In this document: positions 17,532-27,396 of the stretch, piece after piece
Layout of the letters: each line of letters begins with the position of its first letter
Position numbering within the stretch: the first letter of the stretch is position 1
Source: Bacteroidales bacterium
GTDB taxonomy: Bacteria > Bacteroidota > Bacteroidia > Bacteroidales > VadinHA17
Reading direction: 5' to 3'
Assembly (NCBI GenBank): GCA_035530535.1
Contig: DATKUS010000184.1
Coordinates: 1 to 46,548, forward strand
Length of the DNA: 46,548 nt
The notes under the pieces: model-generated
The model's database searches: none
Seen by the model: the letters and a program-made list of their open reading frames with translations, nothing else
Told to the model about the DNA's origin: nothing
Position numbers and translations under genes: made by a program

Positions 17532-20500
17532 TTAATTATTTGGCTGAATCTGCTTTTTATTTTTGATAACCAGTTTTAACATGCCAGGTAACACGATGAG
17601 CAGTAATGGCAATGCAATTATCAAACCTCCTATAACAGCAATGGCCAGTGGCTGATGCATCTGTGCACCTGTACCTATACCGAGAGCAAGAGGAGCAAGG
17701 GCGACAATTGCAGCAGTGGCTGTCATCAATTTAGGCCTCAGACGGGCAGAGATTGCATAAATCAGTGCGCCGGAGACTGTTGAGGATTTTAACTCAGAAA
17801 GGAATTGCTGGACCGTAAATATGGAGTTTTCTCCTATGATGCCAATGATCATTATCAGTCCTGTGTAACTTCCTACATTTAAGGGAGTTCCTGTAAAGTA
17901 CAAAGCCATAAGACTACCTGAAATACCCAGGACGCTTATGAAAATTACAACCAGCGAAATTTTCAGGTCTTTAAACATGAACAATACGACGGTGAAGACA
18001 AGTAACCCGGCTGCAATAAGGATCTTCAGCAATTCCGCAAATGACTGTTGCTGTTCCGCATAAGCACCACCGTAGACAATCTGATATGAAGGTGGCAACG
18101 GCATTTTGGAGAGTTTCTTTTGAATGTCCTTCATCACGCTCCCCAGATCGCGTTCATTAAGTCTGGCTGTCACAACACCCATTGTCTGCAGGTTTTCGCG
18201 TTCAATTTCCGGAATACCATTGCTAATGGTAATTCCAGCAAACAAATCAATAGGCAGATAATCTCCTGATGAAGTACATATTTTTATCTGCCTGATCTTT
18301 TCGACTGACATTTTATTATTAATGGGAAATATCAGCCGGATATCCGTAAACTGTTCCTTTTCAGGAATTGAACCGACGACTGTACCTGACAGATAAGTCT
18401 CTATCTGAGCCTGCAGGTCGGAGGGGGTCAATCCGAATTGTTTCAGTTTGTTTTCATTGGGAACAATCCGGATCATGGGCCCGGCTATCACTATTCCGTC
18501 AAAAACATCAGCGGTGCCTGTCACAGTTGCCACAGTGTCAGCAATATGTTTTGACAACTCCATCAACTTCTCATGGTTATCGCCAAATATCTTTATCTCA
18601 ATGGGTTGGGCACTACTCATCAGATCGCCCAGCATATCCGTAATCACCTGCCCGAAATCGACAAGGAGGGCAGGTAATGCTTTTTCTACTTTTAAACGTA
18701 TATCATTGGACACCTCTTCAGTTGTCCTGCTTCTATCTGGATATAGTTCAATCAGAAAATCGCCGCTGTTGGGCTCTGTAATAAAAAATCCCATCTCGGT
18801 ACCTATGCGCCGTGAATAGGTTTTTACTTCCGGAATGCTTTCAATAATCTCATCAACCTCACTAAGCATCCTGTCTGTCTCCTCCAAAGAAGTCCCAGGG
18901 GGCGAATTGAAGTCCAGGACTATTGATCCTTCATCCATCTCCGGCAGAAATCCGGTAGGGAGCTTGGGCATTATTACTGCAATGGAGAATATCAGGAGTA
19001 AAACAAATGAGCCGGCTATATAAGGCCTTTTGAGAAAAAATTCAATCCAGCCATGAGTCTTTACGAGTTTTACTGTGGTACTTTCACCCAGGCCCTTATC
19101 TCTTGAGAAAAGCAGATAAATCACCGGTAACCCCAGCCAGGTAATAATAAAGGAACTGACAAGAGTAATGATCATTGTCTCTGTAAGTATCTTAAAATAA
19201 GCACCGGCAACACCTGACATTAACTCAAAAGGAATAAGGATGACAATGGTGCTCAGCGAAGAACTTATCATTGCCGGGAAGAGGAACTGAATGGCTTTAC
19301 CTATCAGTTCTTTTGGTTTTCTGTCAGGAAATTCTTCATGAGTCCTGTGAATTTGTTCAATTACTATAATTGCATCGTCTATTATAAGTCCGATTGATGC
19401 CGCAATGGCCCCAATGGTCATAATATTAAAATCAAAACCAATAAACGTGAGAGTAACAAATGTCAGGGCCAGAGTGAGGGGGATTGTGATCAAAATTACG
19501 GCGCTCGCTTTTAATGATCGCAGAAATATCATCACAACTACTATGGAAAGCAGTAACCCTATCCAAAGTACATCTATAATACTTCTGATACTGCTGTTTA
19601 CGAATTCAGCCTGGTTATAATAGGGCTTTAAAACTACTCCTTCAGGCAAAATGTCATTTAATTCTTTAGCTTTTTCGTTAACCTGCGATGCCACATCAAT
19701 CAGGTTACTCTGAGGCTGCTTGAGTACTGCCACCAGTGGCACATCTTTTCCATCGGCCTTGATCCTGACATACTCATTACGTTCAGCTATTTCCACTGTG
19801 GCCACATCTGAGACCCTCAGCCTCCGGATACCGTCATCAAAAAGTATCAGGTCTTCAAGCTGCTGTTTGTTCTTTATACTGGCGTCTGTAATTGTAAGGT
19901 ACAGCCTGTTGTAATCAATTGTGTAACCATTAGACCTGATAAAGTCAGTCTGCTGCAGAGAGTTATAAATTTCCTGAGGATTAATTTTCAGCAAACTTAA
20001 TTTCTGTTCATCGGGAATTATCCGGTATTCTTTTACTTTTCCCCCGATAATTTCGACAGAGGAGACACCCTTAATCCTCGAGATATATGGTTTTACAATG
20101 TATTCTGCAATCATTCTCAGCTCAACCTGGTCAAGGGTGGCTGACTGAAGCGAATAGCCCATAACCGGCAAAATGGAGGGATTCATTTTCTCGATCGTGA
20201 TACTTACATCAGCGGGCAGATCGTTTTTTATCTGTGAAATTTGCGATTCCACCTGTTGCTTGTCGAGGTCAATATCTGAGCCCCATTCCATAAAAGCAGA
20301 AATTTCGCAGCTTCCCATGCTGGTAATACTCCGTATCAGGTTAATGTTTTCAACTCTTTTAATTGCGTTTTCAAGCGGTTTGGTGACCGTAACCATCATT
20401 TTATCAACCGGTTGTTCTCCATTATCAGCAATTATCTTGATTTTCGGGAATGTGACATTCGGGAAGAGTGAGGTCTTCATGTTCTTATATGAAAATGCTC

Positions 20501-20567
20501 CCCCGATCAGGATGATCAGCAGAATGGCAGCTACCGGGCTTTTGAACCTGACAAATATCTTTTCCAT
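17532..20567 (-). CDS. Efflux RND transporter permease (AcrB-like)
   Basis: About 1010 aa with a 12-TM RND layout, including GAIAASIGLIIDDAIIVIEQI and GIIGENSIFTVQQF. The track start (20579) is a TTG. The ATG at 20567 lies 1 nt after the adaptor gene's stop. Confidence 0.9.
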   Translation of the reverse strand: MEKIFVRFKSPVAAILLIILIGGAFSYKNMKTSLFPNVTFPKIKIIADNGEQPVDKMMVTVTKPLENAIKRVENINLIRSITSMGSCEISAFMEWGSDIDLDKQQVESQISQIKNDLPADVSITIEKMNPSILPVMGYSLQSATLDQVELRMIAEYIVKPYISRIKGVSSVEIIGGKVKEYRIIPDEQKLSLLKINPQEIYNSLQQTDFIRSNGYTIDYNRLYLTITDASIKNKQQLEDLILFDDGIRRLRVSDVATVEIAERNEYVRIKADGKDVPLVAVLKQPQSNLIDVASQVNEKAKELNDILPEGVVLKPYYNQAEFVNSSIRSIIDVLWIGLLLSIVVVMIFLRSLKASAVILITIPLTLALTFVTLTFIGFDFNIMTIGAIAASIGLIIDDAIIVIEQIHRTHEEFPDRKPKELIGKAIQFLFPAMISSSLSTIVILIPFELMSGVAGAYFKILTETMIITLVSSFIITWLGLPVIYLLFSRDKGLGESTTVKLVKTHGWIEFFLKRPYIAGSFVLLLIFSIAVIMPKLPTGFLPEMDEGSIVLDFNSPPGTSLEETDRMLSEVDEIIESIPEVKTYSRRIGTEMGFFITEPNSGDFLIELYPDRSRTTEEVSNDIRLKVEKALPALLVDFGQVITDMLGDLMSSAQPIEIKIFGDNHEKLMELSKHIADTVATVTGTADVFDGIVIAGPMIRIVPNENKLKQFGLTPSDLQAQIETYLSGTVVGSIPEKEQFTDIRLIFPINNKMSVEKIRQIKICTSSGDYLPIDLFAGITISNGIPEIERENLQTMGVVTARLNERDLGSVMKDIQKKLSKMPLPPSYQIVYGGAYAEQQQSFAELLKILIAAGLLVFTVVLFMFKDLKISLVVIFISVLGISGSLMALYFTGTPLNVGSYTGLIMIIGIIGENSIFTVQQFLSELKSSTVSGALIYAISARLRPKLMTATAAIVALAPLALGIGTGAQMHQPLAIAVIGGLIIALPLLLIVLPGMLKLVIKNKKQIQPNN

Positions 20568-20568
20568 G

Positions 20569-21483
20569 TCACTTTTCAATCTTTACCTCAGTACTGTCAG
20601 CCATTCCGAATGCACCATCGCTGATTAACAGGTCATTAAGATTTAAAAGGGGTGAGAAGACCTCGACTGTCGAATCGTTTTCAATGCCTTTCGTCACCGG
20701 AACTTTTAAAGCCAGATTGTTGTCAGCGATTTTCATAACCCAGAATTCACTTTGTGTTTCATTGGCCATTACTGCATCCTTGTCAACCAGGAGGATCCCT
20801 GTATGTTTCTCAATTACCAGTTGAACTATCATGTTCAGGTTCTCCGGTAACGGCCGGTTTTGAGCCGGTTTGATCAAAACATTCTGAGTCTGGGATGTTT
20901 CATTGATTACCGGCAATACTTTGTACACATAACCGTCCATGGCAGTGTTGTCAGACAGAGTCATTCTGCACTTCATACCCTTTTTCAAAAGGGCATTGTA
21001 TTGAAACGGCACATTCATCTGAATGAAAAAATCGCCGGTCTCAACTATGCTGCACATCGCTCCTCCTTCAACAATATACCCGCCTGTCTCATTAATAATA
21101 AGCTCATTTATCATGCCTCCGGCAGGAGCGGTGACCTTTACAGTACCAGTGTTTATACCTGTGGCCCCCGGATCGTCCAGAGCCTTGCTCTCTCTGGTCT
21201 GCAGCTCGAATAAGACATCGTTTTTCTGAACGGTCTCACCAAAACTGATGTTTGATTTAACTACATACCCCGAAATAGGGGAGACGACTGTATTCTTTCT
21301 CAGATAGATTGTTTTCCCGTTCAGGCTCAGAATATTTTCAATATTGCCCCGGGCGACGGCAGTTGTCTTAACCGAAACCACCGGTACCTGTTCTGCCTCC
21401 TCAGAGACCCTGGGCCTGCAGGAAGAAAACATCTGAATAATGCTTGCAGCAAAAAACAAAATGAGTATCCTTTTCATTTTCAT
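20569..21483 (-). CDS. Efflux RND periplasmic adaptor subunit
   Basis: Has a lipoprotein signal (IIQMFSSC) and a lipoyl/beta-barrel pattern (VSPISGYVVKSNISFGETVQKNDVLFEL, VTAPAGGMINEL). Confidence 0.85.
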   Translation of the reverse strand: MKMKRILILFFAASIIQMFSSCRPRVSEEAEQVPVVSVKTTAVARGNIENILSLNGKTIYLRKNTVVSPISGYVVKSNISFGETVQKNDVLFELQTRESKALDDPGATGINTGTVKVTAPAGGMINELIINETGGYIVEGGAMCSIVETGDFFIQMNVPFQYNALLKKGMKCRMTLSDNTAMDGYVYKVLPVINETSQTQNVLIKPAQNRPLPENLNMIVQLVIEKHTGILLVDKDAVMANETQSEFWVMKIADNNLALKVPVTKGIENDSTVEVFSPLLNLNDLLISDGAFGMADSTEVKIEK

Positions 21484-21487
21484 AGTA

Positions 21488-22771
21488 TTAATAGTTCAGG
21501 TAATTAAATGAATTGACCAACAGTTGCCTTTCCGCCTTCAGCGTAAGGTTTTCCTGCCGGTTTGCATAAACATCTTTCAACATGTTCTTAAAATCCATCA
21601 CTGAAGCTTCACCCTGTGTGATCTCCTTGGAATAGACACTGTAAAGCTTGTCATACCTGTCTTTTTGCTGATTATTCAGGGTGATCCTCTGATCTACGGC
21701 AATTATCTGATTCAGTATTTTTCTTTTACTTATCTCATTCCGGGTCAGAAAATTTTCCTTTTCAAATTCCAGTGTCTGGATGTTCACAGCTGATTTTTCT
21801 CTTTGCGCATCCCGCTGCCTGCCGTCGAAAATATTCCAGGTAAAAGTTATCCCGGTACTTAATCCCAGCCTGTTGAATGCCGGCAGATAAACTGCATTCA
21901 ACCCCGAACTTGCAAACAGGTCCAGTTGCGGTTTATACTTTAGTTCATTTATTGCCTGATCGGCAAGGATGCTTAAACTATCAAGTTTAAAGGCTTCTGA
22001 AAACTTTGATTTGGGAATCATTTCAGAATCTAAGGACGGATCCGTATCAAGGAGTTCAACCCTGACTGTATCTTTTATTCCGCAGATAAGATTCAGGTCG
22101 TACATACCGGTTTCATATTCTGACTGGAACATTTTGTGTTCCGCCGTATAGTTCTGAACTTCTATCTGTAACAGCATCAGATCAGTCTGCTTATAAATGG
22201 CGTTCTGCACCAGTTTCTCCATTATCCCAACCTGGCTTTCCAATTCCTGCAGAAACAGCAGACTGTTATCTGTCTGCTTTTTTGATTTCAGGCAAAGCAG
22301 ATACTGGTACCCCACAAGTTGTTCAAGCTCGTGAATTGTCAGTGCAATGTTGTTTTCGTTGATCTGTTGCGACACACCTGCCTTGTCGGTATAGCTTTTC
22401 AGCCTGGACCCTGCCAGCAGCGGCTGTCTTACTGTGACAACTGCCTGATACTGTCCTCCGTCTGTCGCTGCCAGGTCATAACCTTCATAATTTGATGCAC
22501 CGGGAGATACCCATTCAAAACGATTTGCACCGTTATCATGTGAAATAATGGGAGCAAACAGGATGCCTGATTCAATGTTTATTTCAGGTTTTGAGAGAAT
22601 GCTGTTAATCTGCTTTAAATCAAGCGACACAATCTTATTCTCGTTCTTGCTTTTATTGATCAGGGGACTGCTTGATTTTGCATGTTCAATGTAAAAATCC
22701 AGATCCCGCTGTTGCGCGTGCAGACCTCCTGACATGATCAGAAGCAATATTGCAGCAATGGAAGTTTTCAA
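21488..22771 (-). CDS. TolC-family outer membrane efflux protein
   Basis: Has a signal peptide ending GGLHAQ and OMF-like repeats. It has an apparent TTG start at 22771; the next Met would remove the signal peptide. Confidence 0.8.
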   Translation of the reverse strand: MKTSIAAILLLIMSGGLHAQQRDLDFYIEHAKSSSPLINKSKNENKIVSLDLKQINSILSKPEINIESGILFAPIISHDNGANRFEWVSPGASNYEGYDLAATDGGQYQAVVTVRQPLLAGSRLKSYTDKAGVSQQINENNIALTIHELEQLVGYQYLLCLKSKKQTDNSLLFLQELESQVGIMEKLVQNAIYKQTDLMLLQIEVQNYTAEHKMFQSEYETGMYDLNLICGIKDTVRVELLDTDPSLDSEMIPKSKFSEAFKLDSLSILADQAINELKYKPQLDLFASSGLNAVYLPAFNRLGLSTGITFTWNIFDGRQRDAQREKSAVNIQTLEFEKENFLTRNEISKRKILNQIIAVDQRITLNNQQKDRYDKLYSVYSKEITQGEASVMDFKNMLKDVYANRQENLTLKAERQLLVNSFNYLNY

Positions 22772-22782
22772 TTTATTCAGAT

Positions 22783-24024
22783 TTAAGATTTTTGATTGAT
22801 GACGAAACAGTGAAGCTCATTCTTCAGATAGTGGATTTCAAGGTTATGAGTGTCACAGATCTTTTTAACAATAGCTAAGCCAAGACCGCTGGAATTTGAT
22901 TTGCCACTGGTGAAACGATTGAATATATTTCCATCTGTCAGAGAATTATCTTTGGCCGTATTACATAACTTAAAGACCTCTTTATTAATGACTACCTGTA
23001 TGCTGCCGCCCTTAATGTTATGGTTGACAGAATTGGAAAACAGATTATTAATTAATATTTCTGCAAGCTGTTCATTCATTCTAACTACAAAATCCTGTTC
23101 AACCTGAACATCAACTTTCAGTTCCTTTGATTCAAAAAGAGTCGAAAATTCTTCTGTTTTTCTGTTTACAAGTTCTTTAAGGGAGACTGTTTTGTCAGCT
23201 GCAAATTGTCTGTTTTCGATTTTTGTAAGTAACAAAAGGCTTTGATTGAGTGTTGAAAGTCTTTTTACCGCGCTGACGGATGTTGCCACCTTGGTGAAGG
23301 TTTCTTCATCCAGATCATGCTGTAAAAGTTCTTCAAGGTTGAGCAGGATAATTGAAAGCGGAGTCTGAATCTCATGCGACGCATTTTCACTGAATTCTTT
23401 CAGTGAGAGATAGTCAGTTTTCAATTTTCTGGTAAGGTCGGCCATCACCCTGTTTAAGCTATCAAACTCATCAATTCCTGATTTCACAAGCGAGATATCA
23501 TCTCTTCCGCTGAGACTGAAGTTTTCAATTTCACGCAGGTTATGCTCGAAATCGGACCAGACTGTTTTGTTCGTCTTCCTGGTGATAAAAAACGAAATAA
23601 TAAATGCACCGAAAAGGAGCACGAATAATGTCAGAGCAAGAACAATCACCAGGTCTTCATTTTCAAAGGCAGACTGACGCAGTTTTATCAGATAATAGGA
23701 ATCATTTATTTTGATCTTATTTGAATATTCCAGAAAAAACTCATTTTCATTTTCCAGTTCATTTCTGATCTCAACTTCTTTGAATAAAGGCTTTTGAATC
23801 ATGGTATCTTCAGCTTCTTTCACTTCAATTACAGGGTGCAGATTGGGTATTTCACCTGTCCTGAGAATCTGTTGCTCAATAAGATATTCTTTTGCCTTGA
23901 GATTCTCTTTTGCCCCTCTGATAATAATTACATGCAGGATAAAGTATCCGCCGACTGTAACCCCGGAAAGGATAAGAAAAAAGAATGTCAGGTAGTTACG
24001 GTTAATTTTTGTCAGGAATTTCAT
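22783..24024 (-). CDS. Sensor histidine kinase
   Basis: Has two TM helices, an H-box FSENASHEIQTPLS, an N-box NNLFSNSVNHN and a G-box SSGLGLAIVKKI. Confidence 0.9.
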   Translation of the reverse strand: MKFLTKINRNYLTFFFLILSGVTVGGYFILHVIIIRGAKENLKAKEYLIEQQILRTGEIPNLHPVIEVKEAEDTMIQKPLFKEVEIRNELENENEFFLEYSNKIKINDSYYLIKLRQSAFENEDLVIVLALTLFVLLFGAFIISFFITRKTNKTVWSDFEHNLREIENFSLSGRDDISLVKSGIDEFDSLNRVMADLTRKLKTDYLSLKEFSENASHEIQTPLSIILLNLEELLQHDLDEETFTKVATSVSAVKRLSTLNQSLLLLTKIENRQFAADKTVSLKELVNRKTEEFSTLFESKELKVDVQVEQDFVVRMNEQLAEILINNLFSNSVNHNIKGGSIQVVINKEVFKLCNTAKDNSLTDGNIFNRFTSGKSNSSGLGLAIVKKICDTHNLEIHYLKNELHCFVINQKS

Positions 24025-24698
24025 TTGTCTGTAAACTTGTATCCCATACCGTAAATAGTTTTTATATAGTCAGTTCCGCCAGCCAGCTTTATCTTCCTGC
24101 GTATATTATTCAAATGAGTGTAGATAAAATCGTAACTGTCAGATAAATCGATGCTGTCTTCCCACAGATGTTCAGCAATGGCTTCTTTTGTCAAAACCCT
24201 GTTCTTATTGATAATAAAGAATAATAGCAGATCGAACTCTTTCTTCGTTAAAGTAATTTCCTTACCGCTAATGGTAACGGATTTACTGTCAGCATTTACC
24301 ATTACCTCATTAAAATTAATTATGCTGGATCCGTCAAACTTTCGTCTTCTCAGTACTGCCCTGATCCTGGAATTCAATTCTGAGAGCTGAAACGGTTTAG
24401 CCAGGTAATCATCGGCTCCCAGATCGAGTCCTGTTATCTTTTCATCTGTCGAATTTCTTGCAGAAATGATGATTACTCCTGATCTGATCTGGCGTTTCTT
24501 TATTCTCTTCAATAATTCAAGCCCATTGCCGCCGGGCAAGGTAATATCCAGAAGGATCAGATCATACTCATATATTGATAATTTTTCATCAGCCCTCCGG
24601 AAATCCTCTGCCAGTTCGCAGATATATTTCTCTTTGGTAAGATAATTACTGATTGCGATCAGTAATTCTATTTCATCTTCAATTATCAGAATTTTCAC
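24021..24698 (-). CDS. OmpR/PhoB-type response regulator
   Basis: Has a receiver domain (ILIIEDE ... LILLDITLPGGNG ... DDYLAKPF) and a winged-helix output domain (LTKKEFDLLLFF, GMGYKF). It has a GTG start and a 4-nt ATGA overlap with the kinase gene. Confidence 0.9.
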   Translation of the reverse strand: MKILIIEDEIELLIAISNYLTKEKYICELAEDFRRADEKLSIYEYDLILLDITLPGGNGLELLKRIKKRQIRSGVIIISARNSTDEKITGLDLGADDYLAKPFQLSELNSRIRAVLRRRKFDGSSIINFNEVMVNADSKSVTISGKEITLTKKEFDLLLFFIINKNRVLTKEAIAEHLWEDSIDLSDSYDFIYTHLNNIRRKIKLAGGTDYIKTIYGMGYKFTDK

Positions 24699-24871
24699 AT
24701 AATAAAGATAAGGGATAATTCTAAAGGAAATCTAAAGATGATAGGAAAGTGGTGCCAGGGGAAAGGGTATTGAAAAGATTGAAATTAGCAATAGAATCTA
24801 GTTGGGCAACTTCAACATCAATAAATTATTGGAGTTGGTAAAGCTGGAACATTAATTCATGTTTGGGACTA

Positions 24872-25627
24872 TTATAAGCGGGTAAGCAGGGGTGCGGATA
24901 CTTTCCATATTCCTTCCTGATCATCGTCTTCAATTACTGAAATAGTTTTCCTGTTTATTTTTATTACCCTGCCATGCCGGACAATTCCGCTGTAATCCTT
25001 CCAGGATACTTTCTGACCAGGTTGAAACTGTGAATTTTGAGCAAGTCTGTACAGGTCATCCATGATTTTGATCCGGTGCATGATCATTTTATTAACTGCA
25101 ATCAGTTCTGACCTGTCGAGAGAATTCAATATTTGTGCAACCTTCTCCATCGTTTGATTCATGATTTTAATTTTATCGTCAATTGAGATTGCAATAAAAC
25201 CATCTTTGTCTAGCAATTTGTACAATAAAGTTAATCTAGGGTACATCATGCAAAGCCACTTATCGTGCCTTGCCAGGTCATCAATCCCAATTGCAGCTTC
25301 CTTCCCGTTTTCTTTTGCCTTCAGAGTTGCCTCAAGCCATTTCCTGATCTTCGGATGGTTTACATTGTCATTATATACCCAGTTCTCATTTCCGGTGTTA
25401 TAAGGCGGATCTATATAAATACATTTGATTTTCCCCTCATACTCAGGCAATAGGCTTTTCAGGGCTTCGAGGTTATCTCCATGAATGATCTTATTACCGC
25501 TATTTACCGGTTCCTCTGATTCACCTTTAGCTACACTAAAGCCATATTTATGCTCCAGTATCTTAAAGGGTACCTCCCTGTGGTGATTTATTACTTTCTC
25601 TTTTCCTATCCAGCTCAATGTCGGCAT
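24872..25627 (-). CDS. Chimeric ORF: N-terminal ~150 aa of a type III-like (Mod) N6/N4 DNA methyltransferase joined in frame to an unrelated ~95-aa C-terminal segment
   Basis: The N-terminus reads LSWIGKEKV...IIHGDNLEALKSL...IYIDPPYNTGNE (DPPY at 25400-25411) ...HDKWLCMMYPRLTLLYKLLDKDGFIAISIDD. After that, similarity to methyltransferases stops and there is no downstream AdoMet-binding motif. The tail (possible own start MNQTMEKV at 25162) looks like an independent small protein (QKVSWKDYSGIVRHGRVIKINRKTISV). Confidence 0.6.
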   Translation of the reverse strand: MPTLSWIGKEKVINHHREVPFKILEHKYGFSVAKGESEEPVNSGNKIIHGDNLEALKSLLPEYEGKIKCIYIDPPYNTGNENWVYNDNVNHPKIRKWLEATLKAKENGKEAAIGIDDLARHDKWLCMMYPRLTLLYKLLDKDGFIAISIDDKIKIMNQTMEKVAQILNSLDRSELIAVNKMIMHRIKIMDDLYRLAQNSQFQPGQKVSWKDYSGIVRHGRVIKINRKTISVIEDDDQEGIWKVSAPLLTRL

Positions 25628-25893
25628 ATTGTTTACTTCCTATTAACTTTTAAATTCCTTATGTAACCTGATTCAGGTCGGGATAAACTCACAAAAATTA
25701 CGTTCCTTTATTTTGCTAAACCTGACAGATAAAGCCAAAAATATACATAATAAAGGAAATCATGAAGAAAAAGAACTGGCCGACTGTGCAAAGTTGGAGA
25801 TATGACGAAATGTACTAAAATGGTCAACATTTATAATAATAGCCATATTGAGGCGGGTAAGGTACTTCCCGCAAAGCTCTTTAAGAACGGGAA

Positions 25894-27303
25894 TTACTTT
25901 CCGATGCAAAAGTTTTTAAAGATGTCTCCGAGTATTTCATCACTTGTGATCTTTCCCGTGATCTCTCCAAGAAAGTAAATTGCCTGCCGGATATCTGTTG
26001 CAATAAGTTCCGTGGGGATGCCGTTCCTGAATCCTTTCAGGGCCCTTTCCAGGCTTGCAGAGACATTTATTAGTGCGTGCCAGTGCCTGGCGTTGGATAC
26101 AATATACTGAGGCATTTTAAGACCGCCTGTTTCAACTGACCTGATAAGATGCTGCTTGAGATCTTCAATGCCCGTAGATTCCCTGGCTGAAATAAACAGA
26201 GGAGCAAATCCTCCTGAATCTGTCAGAGTCTTTCTCAGACTACCGGTCTGACCTGTTGTCAGCAGATCTGTCTTGTTTACTACAAGAATAATCTTTGACC
26301 CGGGAGCTGTCTGAATGTTTTTTACAGAGTTGTAAAAAGAGATAATATCATCAGGATTATCGGTAGCTTCACTGACAGCCAGTACTACTGCAGCCTGGCT
26401 TACTTTTGATAATGTCCGCTCAATTCCCTGTGCCTCAATCTTGTCCTCAACCGTTTCCTTCCTCAACCCTGCAGTATCTATAAACCTGAACATCAGTCCG
26501 CCGAGATGAATGACCTCCTCAACCGTATCACGCGTTGTCCCAGGTATTTCCGAGACGATTGCTCTTTCTTCCTGGAGCAGCACGTTCAGCAACGACGATT
26601 TTCCTACGTTTGCCCTTCCCGCTATCACCACAGGAATCCCTTTCCTGATTGCATTACCAAGGCGGAATGACGAGGCAAGAGTATCTACAAGGCTCCTGAT
26701 CCTGATTATCGTTTCAGTCATCATGCCCCTGTCAGCAAAAAGTATATCCTCCTCACTGAAGTCGAGTTCCAGCTCTATCAGCGCGGCAAAATGCAGAAGC
26801 TCCTGCCTGAGCTTTTCTATCTCGGCAGAGAAGCCTCCCCTGAGCTGTGTTGCTGCAAGGCGATGGGCGGCTTCAGAGTCAGAAGCAATAATGTCAGCCA
26901 CAGCCTCTGCCTGTGAAAGATCCATCTTTCCGTTCATAAAGGCGCGCATGGTAAACTCACCGGGATTGGCAGGAATGGATCCTGACCTTATCAACAGCTC
27001 CATTATCTTTTCCTGGATATAATGTGAAGCATGACAGCTGATCTCAACCATATCTTCACCGGTGTAGGAGAGGGGTGCCCTAAATAGGGAAATCAGGACT
27101 TCATCAAGGAATTCATCCGCCGAAGATAGGGTCCCGAAAATCAATGAATACCCCTTCGCACTAACTATATCTATTTGATCATCAGAAGGTTTAAAGATTT
27201 CCTTCACCATCTTTATGGCATCAGGTCCTGAAATCCTGACAATTGCAATAGCTCCGCCCCCCGATGTGGCAGGTGCGCATATAGTTGTTCCTTTTTGAAC
27301 CAT
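25894..27303 (-). CDS. mnmE: tRNA modification GTPase MnmE
   Basis: Has N-terminal TICAPATSGGGAIAIVRISG, G-domain motifs GRANVGKSS, DTAG and NKTD, and the hallmark C-terminal FCIGK. The track start (27312) is a GTG. The ATG at 27303 gives a canonical N-terminus. Confidence 0.95.
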   Translation of the reverse strand: MVQKGTTICAPATSGGGAIAIVRISGPDAIKMVKEIFKPSDDQIDIVSAKGYSLIFGTLSSADEFLDEVLISLFRAPLSYTGEDMVEISCHASHYIQEKIMELLIRSGSIPANPGEFTMRAFMNGKMDLSQAEAVADIIASDSEAAHRLAATQLRGGFSAEIEKLRQELLHFAALIELELDFSEEDILFADRGMMTETIIRIRSLVDTLASSFRLGNAIRKGIPVVIAGRANVGKSSLLNVLLQEERAIVSEIPGTTRDTVEEVIHLGGLMFRFIDTAGLRKETVEDKIEAQGIERTLSKVSQAAVVLAVSEATDNPDDIISFYNSVKNIQTAPGSKIILVVNKTDLLTTGQTGSLRKTLTDSGGFAPLFISARESTGIEDLKQHLIRSVETGGLKMPQYIVSNARHWHALINVSASLERALKGFRNGIPTELIATDIRQAIYFLGEITGKITSDEILGDIFKNFCIGK

Positions 27304-27396
27304 GTTATTCACAATGGCTCAAAGGTATTAAACATAGTTTTCTTAACAAGTATCAGTAAATATTATTCAGTTTTAAAACGTCATTGACACAAAAGT

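Noticed and set aside
24720-24737. The direct repeat TCTAAAG-N4-TCTAAAG (11-bp periodicity), 22-39 nt upstream of the response-regulator start, as a possible OmpR-type autoregulatory site.
   Set aside because: A 7-mer repeated once in AT-rich DNA is well within chance expectation. I cannot support it without comparative or footprint data.
17532-25627. The idea that the two-component/RND block plus the methyltransferase remnant is a horizontally acquired island.
   Set aside because: Spot GC counts were inconsistent: 17/60 in the kinase gene, but 22/60 and 29/60 in the RND and TolC genes. No repeats, tRNA or mobility genes bound the block.
24880-25865. The shared 9-mer gcgggtaag on both sides of the methyltransferase remnant, as possible element boundaries.
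   Set aside because: Thousands of 9-mer coincidences are expected in a 46-kb window, and there is no extended similarity around them.
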